The position numbers and the translations under genes are program-made. The notes beneath the pieces are model-generated. The model had not been told where the DNA came from and searched no databases. It saw only the letters and a list, made by a program, of their open reading frames with translations. Source: the human T2T-CHM13v2.0 reference genome, Homo sapiens. Taken from it: a stretch of 64,000 nt of DNA. Below are positions 26,991 through 44,204 of the stretch, in pieces (the first letter of the stretch is position 1; every line of letters begins with the position of its first letter). The DNA is taken from assembly GCF_009914755.1 (NCBI RefSeq), contig NC_060947.1; one strand, 5' to 3'.

Positions 26991-28903
26991 TCCAGGCTAA
27001 AATGATTTGCAGTTGTTGTCTCAATAAATACTCTATTTCTTCTCCTCCTGACCTGTCACCCAATTATATCAGGAAAACATGTACAAGCAAAAGATTAGGC
27101 TGCCTTTTATCTTTTCCATTAGAGTTAGAAGATGAGAGGCCCAGGGGCAGGAACAGGTAGCAATAGATATATCTTTGAAGAGCCATGCCGGAAATCTAGA
27201 GGCAGCCATACACAGAAGTAAGAGTTGGTTTAGAGAAAGCTATTGATTGTTCACAGAACGAAGAAACAAAAGTATGTACTGTTCCACAGATAACAAAAAT
27301 GATCCTGGAGGAGAAACATGAGTCTACCAAGCAGAACTAATGATTTTTCAAAATATTGTGTTTGAACTGACCTTTCTGTGGAAAAACCTTTAAAACACTT
27401 TCTCTGTGTCTGTGCTAAAGGCAGACATGTAGTCAGGTGAATAAATATGCCAATGTTTTTTCTACACATATCTAGAAAATACTCAAATAGTCCAAGTCAG
27501 ATGCAGTAATATGATTTCTAGACTGTTATTAAATGTGTAGCTGAATTTTCTCCATGGATATTGCGACATCCTCAGTTTAATTCTCAAATGCCTGTTGGGA
27601 CTGGAGGGGATTGAGAGATCATTGATCCAAGTCTGAGACTGGCTCCGAGTCAGGAAATGAACAGCAAATGCGTCATCGTCCTGGCTAGAGAAGGCCTGCT
27701 GCATGGCAGGATTTAACATTGCCCCAGTACAACCTTAGGAAGGCATTTTCCAAGACCATAAACCTTGCCTTTTCCAATTTCATCTCCAGATCCCTGCATC
27801 CCTCCAGGGATTCATTAGCCCCACCCCATCTCTCAGTGCACTGGATTCCTAAGAACCTCTTACACAGTACAGTCTAATGCACACAGTCTTGTTGATATTT
27901 GGTGCCAAGTCTTGTGCTGTTGGGGATGTAGGTCTTAGACCAGAGTTAAATTCTGGCTATGGCGATGACTGTTTATGTGTTCTTGGGAAAGATATGATCC
28001 AAGATCCTAATTCAATGGGAGGAATCACTGAGGCACATGGAGGTTAAAATAATACAGTCATATTTATACAGAGAATCAGGAGCAAAGCCAAAAGAGGAAT
28101 GCAAGTCTCTCCTCTTACCTCTAATTAAATGTTCTCCGGATGGTGGTAGTGGGTGATTCTTTTCTTGAGAATGTTCAACTGTGAGTCTCCAAGAAACAGT
28201 TAACAAAAGGTACCCTAATATAATATGATGCTAAAAGGATCTCTGAAATAAGACAGATCAGGGTTCGAATCCTGGGTAGAATACCATAAGGTGTGTGATC
28301 TTGAGTAAATAAATTAAGTGCTCAGTTCTGGAAGTTACGCTGCTGATATTAATATAGCTACTCTAGTTTTCTTTTAAACAGTATGAGCATGGAATATCTT
28401 TTTCAATCCTTTTTCTTTTAACCTACTTGTGTTTTTATATTTAAGGTGTGTTTCTTGTAAGCAGCATATAGTTAGATGATCCTTTTAAATCTAGTCTCAC
28501 CATCTCTGCCTTTAAATTGGAGTGTTTAAATTACTTACATTTAATGTGACTATTGATATGATTAAAGTACATCATCTTATTTGTTTTTCATTTGTCCCAT
28601 CTTTTTTTATCTTTTCCCTGCCTTCCTCTTTTGATCAATTGAGTAATTTTTATGTTTCCTTTTCATCTCCTTTTTTTGGCTTATGAAGTCTTTGTTCTGT
28701 TATTCTAGTGATGAATTTGCCTTCAAGTGATGTTTAACTATTGCACATGTATTAATAATAATCTTAAAACAGTATAACTTCATTTCTCCTTTTTTGGCCT
28801 TTATGCTATTGTTATGAATTTTATGTATGTTTCAAACTCCACAGCACATTGTTATTACTTTTGTTTAAACAGTCAATTTTCTTTTTCAGATCTATTCTAT
28901 TTG

Positions 28904-28949
<46 letters not shown>

Positions 28950-28962
28950 ATCTGTCTGTCTA
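28904..28962. repeat. (CTAT)n / GATA microsatellite
   Basis: About 11 tandem tcta units visible. Confidence 0.95.
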
Positions 28963-29413
28963 TATCTTTTCACCCATGTTGTTGCCAATTCTTCATTCTT
29001 TGGTTTAGATACAGATTTTAATCTGGTATCACTTCTCTTCTGCCTAAAGAAGTTTCTTTAACTGTTCTTGAACAGAGGGGCTGCTGGTGATTAATTATTT
29101 CAGCTTTTGTATGGCCTAAAGTATCTTAATTTGTCTTAATTTTTGAAAATATTTTGCTAGTGTAGAATTATACATAGACAGTTTTTTTTCTTACAATACT
29201 TTAAAGACGCTGCTCCACAGTTTCTTTTTTGCCTCATTTCCCATGAGAAATATGTTGTCAGCATTATATTTGCTTCTCTGAATATAAAGGTATTTTTTTC
29301 TGTGGCTGCTTTTAAGATTTTCTCTTTATTATTGCTTTTAAAGCAATTTGATCGTAACATGTTTTGGTGAAGTTTTCTTCGTTTTTATTTTATTTTATTT
29401 TTATTTTTTTGTT

Positions 29414-30136
<723 letters not shown>

Positions 30137-31808
30137 GTGGGCTTGGAATTTATTGAATTTCTTTTATCTGTGCATTAGTAGATTTTATCAAATTTAGAAT
30201 TTTTTCAGCCAATATTTCTTCAAAATGTTTCTCCCATTTTTTTCTCTCCTCTTTTTGTGACTCCAAACATGTATATTATGCCTATTAAAGTTGTCCTATA
30301 GCTGTTTTTTCTCTTTTTTTATTTGTCTCTGCATTTCCTTTTGGATAGCTTCTATCACTATAACTTTAATTCAATGAGTCTTTCTTCCACAACATACGAT
30401 GTGTTGCTAATCCTATTAAGTGCAGTTTTTATTAAACACATTGAAGTTTTATCTCTAGGAGTTTGATGTGGGTCGTTTTAACATCTATGTCTCTACTTTT
30501 TGAACATATCAAATCTAGTTATAAGCATTCTAATGTCTCTCAGCTAATTCTAACATCTGTGTCATTTCTGGTTCAATTTATTTCCTGCCTCTTTACATGT
30601 CTGTTAATCTTTGATTTGATGCCAAAGATTGTAATCTCACCTTGTTAGCTGCTGGAAATTTTTATTTTTATAAATATTCCTGAGCTCTGTACTATAACAC
30701 AGTAAATTTACTTGGAACCATTTTTATCTTTTTGGTTCTTGTTTTTATGATTTGTTGGATGGTTCTGGAGCAGTGCTCAGTCTAATATATTCCACTATTG
30801 AGAAGTGACGCTTTTGTGTAGTCTATCCAATGCCCCATGAATTATGAGTCTTTCCAGTCTGGATGGTGGGAACAGGTACTATTTTCCGCTCTTTTCTTCT
30901 CATTTTTAAAATGTTTCTTTCCCAGTCTTGGTTAGCTTCCTCATGCATATATTAATATGTACTCTGCTGAATACTTAAGGTAGGCCTTCTGAAAACTTCC
31001 GGGGTTGTCTCTCTGCACAGCTCTCTCCTCTTTGGTCATCTGTCCTATGAACTCCAGCTGCATTAGATTCCCTGGACTTTGAGCTGCATCTGCTCAATCC
31101 AGGGAGTCCACTGTCCTTTGTCTTAATCGCCACTCTCTATGCCATATTTTGGAAAATATCTTAATATAGTAAGTTGGGATAATCATAGAACTCACCTTAT
31201 TTGTTTCTCATCTCTTGGCTATCACTGTTCTTCACTGACTGATTCCCAGCATCTTAAAAACTTTTTTTCATGTATTTTGTCTGTTTTTGTTTTTGTGGTT
31301 TGTTTTAGGTAAGAAGATAAATCCCATCCTTGTTCCTCCGTCTTGGTTGGAAATGGAAGTCCCAAATGAACTTTTCTAAACATCAGTTTCCTGATTTGTA
31401 AAATGGAAATAACAGTAGTCCCTATGGGATTGGGTATTTGAGAAGATTAAGTTATATATACACATGAAACTTTCTCATAACTGCTCAATAAATACATATT
31501 ATGCTCTCTTCCTCTTTATTACACTCTAGTATACCTCTCCACATCATGCCTAGCAGGTGACTGCTTCCTTAATGGCCTGCAATGCCTACAGAGGTGGTTT
31601 AAGCAATATTTGTAACCACTGCAAAATGTCAGTCCCTTAATATTTGAATTTATTCCAAAAACTTATTTGATGTAGGAAAAGAAAGAGAATCATACCTGAT
31701 TTGTTTTAAGAAAACAAATTGAAAGAAGTAAATTTATATTTCCCCCAGTGCTGAAAGTAAATTAAAAAAATGTAACTCTATCACTGCTTCTAAGGACAGT
31801 AATTTTTT

Positions 31809-31810
<2 letters not shown>

Positions 31811-31889
<79 letters not shown>
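31811..31889. repeat. Compound microsatellite (GT)21 ttct (GA)16
   Basis: Counted directly from the sequence. Confidence 0.97.
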
Positions 31890-31895
<6 letters not shown>

Positions 31896-33689
31896 TTCAT
31901 CATTATAACACAGACAAGCATTTAAAAAGCTATGTGTTATTTCAAATTTGGTATTCCCTGGTCTTAAGGACAACTCTAGTATTTACACTTTCCTAGCTTA
32001 GTTAAGTCTATGGATCAGTTATAATATAGTTCTTTGTGTCTTTTCCAGGAAACAAGATGCCTTCTAGTAAGGAAGTCACACACCCTTCTAGAAAACTTGA
32101 TAGAAAGATTGAGAGAGGTTCAGCTGGAAAAGGAGGGCAGACACCCAAAGATGATGTAGGCCAAGGAGTGCGTCACAGCTAGCATACGGTGTCCAAATAT
32201 ACTACAGAGCATAACTTGACCTTTAAAGAAGGAAAAATCTTGCCAAAGATTGAGTCAACTTATACTCTGCATCTCCTCCATGAACATTTTAGAGTATTGC
32301 CTCTGCTGAACAGCATTCCATTCATTGAATTATTTATTCAATTAGCAAATGTTTATTCAGCATATACTATGTGCACAGCATAGTGCCAGGGGCAGTGATG
32401 AATAAAATATAGTATATCACCCTATGGAAGTTTTATAGTTAAATTGCTGCCAAAGCAAGGAGTGACTTCAATTCGTGTACTTAACTTCAACAGAATTTCA
32501 CACTGTCAATCCACTGTGAGAGCTGGGAGAGAAATGACTCTTTTAAAATTATGCTGGCTCTTTTTGGTCCTGACCCTGTAACTTTAATTCAGTCCTACTC
32601 ACTCATATCACATATTTAATCATCAATAAAGTTAAGCCACAGATAATGCATTTTTAGCATTCACATAGGAACTACCATGTATCTCTCTGGACCTTCCCAC
32701 TATCCCATTCTTATGCTACTACTACTGATTCTTGACTTTATTTTCTATATTCGATTGTGTTCTTGTCCTTTGGATTTGTCAGCTTTAACTGACCGTTGTT
32801 TATCAAGCTTGATCCTCTGAGGATTTTAGTATAGCTTACCTCTCTGAATCCTTTGTGTTCCTAGATACCTCAGGTAGGGCAACCTGGCCTAGCTCTGGTG
32901 TCCAGAACTCAGATTCTGGCTAGGCTTTTCCTGGTTCTTGGGAGGTGAAAATAGGACATTTCAGAGTTTAGGCAGAGGAAATAGCAAGTAAAAAAAAAGT
33001 CCTATGGTATGAGAGGAACACAGTAGAGTCCACAGGGTCTGGAGAATTGTGAGCAAGAGAAGAGTGACATGAGATAAAGTTGGAGATATGGGCAGAGACC
33101 AGATCTTCAGTTTAACCTTGCGACCATTGACTATTGGAAGCTTTTTCACTGTGTGTTGTTGGTCTCCAACCCCCTAGCAAGAGCCTCAGATCAAATGTCA
33201 GGAAGCCCGTGTTCTGGCATTATTCTACCATAAATTTATGTATCTCTTTTAATGAGCTACTTATCTTTTCCTTCCCTAAGTTTTCTCATCTGAAAAATAA
33301 GAGGATTAACCTGGACTTTCTGTAAGGTCCCATCAAGCTCCAATATTCTATGATTTATAAAAATAACTTTCATAATTCTGACTAAAATCTCTGATCTGTG
33401 GGTTAATTTCAGCTGAACTACTTCAAAATCTTATCACTTACTTCTGGGAATATAAATCATAAGTAATCTCTTCCTAAATAGATTTTAAATTCTAAAAAGT
33501 TTTCTCAAAGTTCATTTCAACATATTTCAATTATCTCTGAAATTATCTATAGATGATAAGATATGACATTTTTATCCTCAATTACTTTCAAAATATGGCT
33601 TAGGAAAACACTTCCCTTTTTAAAAAGATTGAAATTTTGGCACTGTATATACATGATTAAAGATGTTTGAATAACAGTTTTTATGGATA

Positions 33690-33875
33690 CAAATTTTTAT
33701 AAATAACAGCTTTACTGATATACAATTCACACACTGCACAATTCACCCATCTAAAGTGTATCATTTCAATGGATTTTAGTATATTTAAGAGTTGTGCAAT
33801 GAGCACCATAATGAATTTTAGACAATTTTCATTACTTCCCCCCAAAACCCCAAACCTATTTGTATAAGTCACAAT
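33690..33875 (-). mobile_element. L1MB-type 3' end fragment
   Basis: aacagctttactgatatacaattcacacactgcacaattcaccc. Confidence 0.75.
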
Positions 33876-34002
33876 TTTTAAAAGCTCACAGACATCTTTA
33901 AATTTTAGGAAGAGTCATGAAATAACATTCAAGGGGGTTATCTTTTCTCTTTGAGCTCTGTGACAGTTTTCTCATGGCACTGTGGGCTACAGTATATGAG
34001 TA

Positions 34003-34432
34003 CAGTTGACCCTTGAACAATGTGGAGGTTGTGGGCATGGATGCCTCGCACGGTTGAAAATCCATGTGTGACATTAGACTCCCAATAAACTTAACTAATA
34101 GCTCACTGTTGACTAGAAACCTTACTTATAACATAAATTCAATTAACACATATTTTGTATGTTGTATGTATTGTATACTGTATTCCCACAATAAAGCAAG
34201 CAAAAGAAAATGTTATGAAGCAAATTATAAGACAAAATATATTTCCTATTTATTAAGTGGAAGTGGATCATCATAAAGGTCTCCATCCTCATTGCCTTTA
34301 TGTTGAATAGACTGATGAGGAGGAGGAAAAGGAGGGGTTAGTCTTGCTGTCTCAGGGATGGCAGAGGTGGAAGAAAATCCTTGCACGAGTGGAGCTATGA
34401 AGTTCAAACCCATGTTGTTCAAGCATCAACTG
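34003..34432 (-). mobile_element. Tigger2a-like (TcMar-Tigger) DNA transposon
   Basis: TIRs cagttgacccttgaacaa / ttgttcaagcatcaactg, flanked by TA on both sides; 430 bp. Confidence 0.9.
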
Positions 34433-35374
34433 TAAAGAGTATAACAACAATAGCAGTATAATCAAGAATGCATTCATCTTGGAAATGGTAAGATTTTTAG
34501 CTATTTACATAGGCACGCTGCATAGATGTATATTTGTTTTGCCCTAATGGATGGCAAAAAGCTAGCTCATGAAGTGATGTTGCTTGCTGAAGGCTGTTTA
34601 GGTTGCAGGGAGACATTTAGGAATATTGCTAGCCTTAGTTATCTAACATCAATACAACGTGAACCAAATTTAAGCCTCTCTTGCCAACTACAGGAATCTT
34701 TGGATTACAGCCAGGGCTCGTTTTGTTATTGACCTCTGATCTACCCAGTGTGAATGTGGCCTGTCTGAGTGGGGAGAAAATCTAATTGTTAATTTTGGAA
34801 AGTTGGGTCTCAATTTCTTGTGCAGTTGGCATTTTATCCATATAACGTATTTTATGTTTTTCCTTCATGCCCAGTGTTCTTAAATATTTTTGGAACTCTT
34901 CCAAGAATGTTTATGATAAACACAATGAAAAGGGCAAACCTGGACTATGATAAAAGTTGTGAAAATTTTAAGGGTTTGAGCTCCAGTAAGTGATCCTTTA
35001 GCTAATTAAACTTTGGTCTGCCTAAGCATCTAGGTCAGATTATTTTTCCCTGCTGGGCCCTAGCATTCCTATTGGTCAAACTACAAATAAATTAATTAAA
35101 TAGGGAATTGTACCATGCTTGGGGTATTTTAGAGGAGTCCGAAATTACACCTATTTGTCTTTTTATCAGTCCAAATTTAGTCACAAAGAGTGCTAACTGA
35201 GAGGTTTCCTGGGCGCTTTTCCTAAGCACATTTCAGCAGCAAGCTCGCTCCAGGAATAAAGAAAAGTCAATTCTCAGAGAGGCAGAAAAGTGAAGATGCT
35301 TCTACTCTAAAATGTCAGGGAATATGCACAATTTTCTTGAATATGTAATAGTGCTCTTTTGGGAGATGTCAGTC

Positions 35375-35610
35375 GTTATCCCAGACCTACTGAATCAGTA
35401 TCTGAATTTTTAGAAGATACCCAGGTAATTCATATACACATTAAAGTTTGAGAAGTGCTGCAGCAGATGCTCTCTAAAGGTATCCATTGGACTAGATAGT
35501 AGTTCTGGATATTTTTAATATAGTAGTTCTAGGGGTGGGGTCTGTGATTCTTAATTTAAATCAAGCTCCAAGATTACCTCTACAGACCACATTTGAGTAG
35601 TATTGAGCTG
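35375..35610. mobile_element. MER5-family fragments
   Basis: cccagacctactgaatcag...aaagtttgagaagtgctg; gaccacatttgagtagt. Confidence 0.6.
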
Positions 35611-36839
35611 GTCTTTGACTTTCTGTAATGCTGTTACAAGAATAGGTTCCAGAAACCTATCTGAACACATATTTACCCAAATTATTTTCTGGGTTGACTT
35701 ATAACTTATCTAATATAAGTATGTGCCAGAGACCAAATCTTGAGGGTCATTTAGAAAAATTTGTGTGTCTACTACAGAAATAAATTACTTTGTAATGTAC
35801 TTTATACTTCTGGAAATAGATTTCAATACATTATCTTATTTGATCCCAGGATGCCTGCCCTTGGTTTCTCTGTACAGGCATTCTGGGGCTGGTCTGGGTC
35901 ATGAAGCTGTGGCAATGAGAAGGCAGGTGTGTCTGGTCTTAGGCCCAAACTCCAAAAAACTAAACAACTGAAATGTTGCACTGGTGACCAATGGGCTGGC
36001 TGTCACCAGGGGTTTCCCAGCATACCCATACCTTGTGAGGAAAGAAAGCTCAAAGCCAGGGCTGGTCTCTTAAGAAATAAATGGGGTTATCAGAAAATCC
36101 ATGGGTTGTTGGGATTTATTCTTAAGCTATTGGGATTTAATATTTATGTCCTTTTGCTGTATCTCAATAAAGACAGAGGAGAGACAGGGACACTGATTTG
36201 GTAACTATCAAAGCCTGAAATGTACTGGAAGAGCTTCCCTAGTTGGTTTTGGATGTGTGATCAGTTATTAGTTTCAACTCCCCACAGCTTTTTCACTTCT
36301 TAACTATAGTTCCCTAATCCAAAAGCAAACAGTAATGAAGTGTAAAACTTTCTCTGAGGTTTTTTGTTGACAATTAAGTAGAAACCAGATGGCAAAGTTG
36401 AATACTAGGCTGAGTAGAGGGACAAAAGGAGCTAAATTATTGACTTCCAATGCCTGTGAAATGTATTTACTTTGTTGCTTTGCTATGTGCTGGGCCCATG
36501 GAGAGTTTAGAAAAGTCTATAATCTTCAATACTCCTTACTTGTAATGGTAGTCAAAGCACCTTTGGAAACCATTTACTCAGAACAAACACTGGTACATAG
36601 CAAATAGCCCAACTGAAGGTTTATTTCCTAAGTATTCCAAAGATTATAATTCTGTGAAGTTAGTAAATATGTTGAGGAGCAAGTCTTTGATGAAAATATA
36701 TCACCGTTCTCATCATGGTTAGCAGAAAATATCTATTGATACTTTATTGACTGAGTCTTTGTCAAAAAGCTAGTCCGAGGAAGAACTGAGGATGGATACC
36801 ATTAGTTACAAAGGCTAATCAGAAGACCAGATATTGGTC

Positions 36840-37265
36840 CAATAATTCAACAAGTATTTACTGAGCACTACAGTGCACTGCAGATAAAATAGAAAACAAG
36901 GTTGTCATGGTCTCTCCGTCTTCAGGGAAGCTGACATTTAATGATGGAGATGGACTAAAAAAAAAAATAAACCAACCAAAATATGGATGAATAACCTAAT
37001 TACAGAATGTGATTGCAGCTAAAAAGTAAATTTAAAAGTGTGTTTTGAAAGAGAGTGATTAAGCGCATCTGATTTAGATAATAGCATCAGAGACGCTCGC
37101 TCTGAGATGGTTACTCCTAATCTAAGACCTGAAAATTAGAATGAGAAACAAGTGAAGAGTTTAAGGAAAAGCCTTTTAGTCAGAAAGATTAAGTTGTAAG
37201 GCCTTTGAAGTGGTGAAGAACTTGGCATGCTCTAGAAATAGAAAAAAGGTCAGTGTGACACTAGG
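36840..37265 (-). mobile_element. L2
   Basis: attcaacaagtatttactgagcacta tail; gaacttggcatgctctagaaatagaaaaaaggtcagtgtg. Confidence 0.75.
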
Positions 37266-38324
37266 TTACTTATTATCACTTTATTACTTTATCAACTAGT
37301 GAACCGCATGAGATTGGGGGAAGAGGTTAGTTGCAGATATTATTTTAATAGCTATCTATGTATTGACATTCTCTTAGAGACCATGAGGACCCCTGATTGT
37401 TACAGACACCCTCCCGTGACCACGCTCCACAGCCCTGTGAGGGCATGCCTTTTAAACCCAAAATGGGAAAAAGTATCTTCAGTGTGTCCTGAGAGGTGTG
37501 GCGCTTCCAGTTCTGGGTGTTTCTGCACTTGACCACATATCAGCAAAGCAAGAAGAGTGCTGTGGGGTTGGCTGCAATGTTGGCTATACACACTTGAGCA
37601 TAACACATTGCAATAGAAACTAAGGAGACTAAATTATGTGAGTCAGGGAGTTGAGGAATGCCACTGCCACCACTGTGACTCAAGGAAGGTGAAGTCTGGG
37701 GAGGACATATTCTCATCCTGAACTTCTCTTTTCTCCATTACTTGCTACCACTGTCCTTGAGATTAGATAAATCCTCATTACATCTTACCTGGATTATTGC
37801 AGTATTCCTAGAGTTGGTCTCTCCTCCTTGGATCTGGTCCATTCTTCACACTAGCTGCTCTGTATTCTGATGATTTATGTATATTTCTTTTTTCATTACT
37901 ATATTGTAAGCAGCCAGAGGAGCATGGCCAATGTCTGATTATCATTCTCCCACAGTAAAAGCCAACTCTTTATTGATTCCATAAATGTATATCAATAGAA
38001 ATCCCTATGTAAACAGTTTTTCCACCTGATACTGAAGGGCTGCACAATTCACTTGCTAAAACAATTCACATTAATGTTTGCAAAATCAAAATCTCCCTTC
38101 TAAAGACCCAAGGCTTGAAGTGAGTTGCAATGAAATTTTGAATTCATTGACAGGTTCTTGGACCTGCAAAACTGAAAGTAATTAATGAGCATGTGAAATC
38201 TATAAGCTTCAATCTAGGTGGAAGAAAAGTATCCAAAAGGCACTGGATGGTTATAAACACAGATAACCAAATATACTTGGTAAAAAAATCTAGGTTCTCA
38301 GTCAAATTTGATTTTGACGATGTT

Positions 38325-39360
38325 ATTTAAAATTTTATTATAGAGGATTTTAAATTCACAAAAGTGGAGATAATAGTATTAGAATCCCCCAGGTATCCAT
38401 CACTCAGTTTCAACAATTAACAACACGTGGCTAATCTTGTATCATCAATACTCTCACCTGATGTCCTCCTTTCCTACTGATTTGAATCAAATCACAAACA
38501 TAATGTCATTTCATCTGCAAATATTTCAGTATGATTTTCTAAGAGATAAAAATTTATGTATTTAAATTGAAAATACAAATTGTATATATTTATTTTGTAT
38601 AATATATTTTGAAATATGTATACATTGTGGAATGACTAAATCAAACTAATTAACATATGCATTACCTCACACACATCACTTTTGTGAGGATTTTTTAAGA
38701 AATATAAACACAATTATCACACTTAAAAAGAGAACATCTGAAAAATTAACAATAATTCTTTAATATCATCCAACATCCAATAAGCATGCAAATGGTTGCT
38801 AAATTCTATCATGAACATCATTCGTTTCTTTGATCATGATCAAAATAAGATCCATATATTATGATTGATATATTTTCTTAAGCCTCTTTTAGTCTCTGGG
38901 TTCTGCTTTTAATTTTATTTTCTCTGAAAATACATCTGTTAAAAGAACTGGTTTGTCTTTTTTATTTTTATTTTTATTTTTAATTTTTTTTATTTTTTGG
39001 ATATCACTCTGTCACCCAGGCTGGAGTGCAGTGGCACAATCATAGCTCATTGCAGCCTTGAACTTCTGGGCTCAAGCAGTCCTCCCTCCTCAGCCTTCCG
39101 AGTAGCTTAGACTACAGGCACGTGTCATTACACCCAGCTAATTTTTAATTTTTTTTTTTGTAGAGAAACAGTCTCAGTATGTTGCCCAGGCTGTGATTTG
39201 TCTGTTCTTTAGAGTTTCGCAGAATCTGGGTTTTGCTGATCCCATCATAATGCAGTTTGACATGCATCTCTGTTTTCTGTATTTTCTATACATTTATACT
39301 TAGAGGTAGAAGCATATTCAATCACATTCAAGTTGAGTTTTGTTTATTTTCAAGAATACT
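38325..39360 (-). mobile_element. L1MC-type 3' end with nested L1MA fragment (~38555-38690) and a truncated Alu
   Basis: ccatcactcagtttcaacaattaacaac...; aacatatgcattacctcaca. Confidence 0.65.
38958..39193 (-). mobile_element. 5'-truncated AluJ
   Basis: catagctcattgcagccttgaacttctgggctcaag; TSD tg(g/a)tttgtct. Confidence 0.88.
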
Positions 39361-39496
39361 TCGTAAGTTTTCTGAGCATAAACTCACTCATCTGTAAAAG
39401 CGGCCTAATGATAGAACCTACCTCACAGAGTCATTGAGAGGATTAAACCCAACAATCCTATAAAGTGCATAGCACAATGCTTCCACATAGACATTA

Positions 39497-39587
39497 ATGG
39501 CACATGTATACATACGTAACAAACCTGCACGTTGTGCACATGTACCCTAGAACGTAAAGTATAATAAAAAAAAATATATATATATAT
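39497..39587 (+). mobile_element. Tiny L1PA 3' terminal fragment
   Basis: atggcacatgtatacatacgtaacaaacctgcacgttgtgcacatgtaccctagaa plus A/(TA)n tail. Confidence 0.9.
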
Positions 39588-39600
39588 AAAAGAAAAGTTG

Positions 39601-39939
39601 GGCGGGGCACGATGACTCACGCCTGTAATCCTAGCACTTTGGGAGGCCTAGGCGGGCGCATTGCCTGAGCTCAGGAGTTAGAGAGCAGCCCGAGCAACAC
39701 GGTGAAATCCCGTCTCTACTAAAATACAAAAAAAAATTAGCTGGGCATGGTGATGGGCACCTGTAGTCCCAGCTACTCGGGAGGCTGAGGCAGGAGAATT
39801 GCTTGAACCTGGGAGGCGAAGTTGCAGTGAGCCGAGATCCAGCAGCTGCACTCCAACCTGGGCAACAGAGCGAGACTCTGTCTCAAAAAAAAAAAAAAAA
39901 AGAAAAAAAGAAAAAAAAAGAAAAGAAAGAAAAGGAAAG
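39601..39939 (+). mobile_element. AluS with long A/GA tail
   Basis: Full dimer; TSD aaaagaaaagttg on both sides. Confidence 0.93.
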
Positions 39940-40859
39940 AAAAGAAAAGTTGAAAGCATGGCATTTAGGAAAGAGGGCCATGTGATAGGTGTCTTGGGGT
40001 AGCAGGGACACAATAAGCATTTATTAAATATCTATTACGTTTCAGGCACTAGCTTAGATCCAGGGAGTAAAGTCTGCGTCCTGTTTAATATACCTCAGCC
40101 TAATCCAAGGTCATGGGTACTTGACCTATGGATAGGATACTTTCCTATATATTCTTCAAGAGGACTTATTGTTTTTGATTTCATATTTAAATCTATTCAT
40201 CTCAAATTAATTTTTTGTGTATGGTATGAAATAGAGGCCAAGATTAATCATTTTACAAACAAATATCAAATTGTTCCAACACTTTAAAAAATATTAGAAT
40301 GTGTATTTATATGTTTTTGCATTTCTGATGCTGATAATTAGAGCTTCTCTAATTTTTTTCATGGTCAGTCTTGCGAAGAGTTTATCAATTATATTATTCC
40401 TTACAAAAATGCAGCTTTAAAAAAACTTCTTTCTATTGTTTCTTTTCTATTTGATTAATTTATGCTGTCACATCTCACTTTTTCGTTCCACTGCCTTTCA
40501 TTTTCATTTACTATAACTTTTTGAGAATGATTTTTGATCATTGACTTTTAGGCTTTCTTATTTTCAAATACATGCATTTAGGTAGGGCTATAGATTTTTC
40601 TCTAAGCATTAATTTAATTGCATCCATAAGTTGTAATAGAAGCATTTCCATCATCATTTACTTAAATGTATATTCTGATTTCTACCAAAATGTTTTTGGC
40701 TTACAGTTTATATAAAGGCATATTGCTTAATTTGTAATTATTTGGGGATTTTATAGTCTATTTTTAATTTATTTTGAGTTTTATTCCACTGTGGTCAGAC
40801 AGCATACTCTGAATGATTTCAGTCATCTTTTTTTCCAGCTTTTTTGAAAATTATACTTC

Positions 40860-41070
40860 AAAAAATTAGCCGGGCATGGTGATGGGCACCTGTAGTCCCA
40901 GCTACTCGGGAGGCTGAGGCAGGAGAATTGCTTGAACCTGGGAGGCGAGGTTGCAGTGAGCCGAGATCCAGCAGCTGCACTCCAACCTGGGCAACAGGGT
41001 GAGACTCTGTCTCAAAAAAAAGAAAAAAAAAGAAAAGAAAGAAAAGGAAAGAAAAGTTGAAAGCATGGCA
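40860..41070 (+). repeat. Local copy of the right arm, tail and 3' flank of the Alu at 39601
   Basis: Shares unusual variants (gatgggcacc; gagatccagcagctgcactccaacc) and the unique flank gttgaaagcatggca. Confidence 0.93.
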
Positions 41071-41071
41071 T

Positions 41072-43457
<2,386 letters not shown>

Positions 43458-43521
43458 AATTTCAGTCCTTTAAGTTGTGTTCAGGCTTACCTTATGATCC
43501 ACATATGGTAAATTTTGGTAA

Positions 43522-43929
<408 letters not shown>

Positions 43930-44204
43930 CGATTTTATCTTTTATTAGCTATCATCCATTATGAAAGTAGTTTTCTCTATCTCTTTTAGTTCTTCCAGAT
44001 TTTTTGCATATATTTTAAAGCAATTTTAAAGATCCTTACACATTTAGAATTGTTTTATTTTCTAAGTGGATTGATCTTTTCATCATTTTGTAGTATTCCA
44101 TTTTATCTCTAATAATGCTTCTTGCCTTAAGGTCTACTTTGCTATTAGTAGAGCTATACCAGCTTTCTTTTAGTTAGTGTTTAAATAATACTTTTGTCCC
44201 ATTA

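Noticed and set aside
35860-35935. Possible 49-nt exon (tctctgtacag|...aaggcag|gtgtgt)
   Set aside because: Weak donor, frame-shifting length and no other support.
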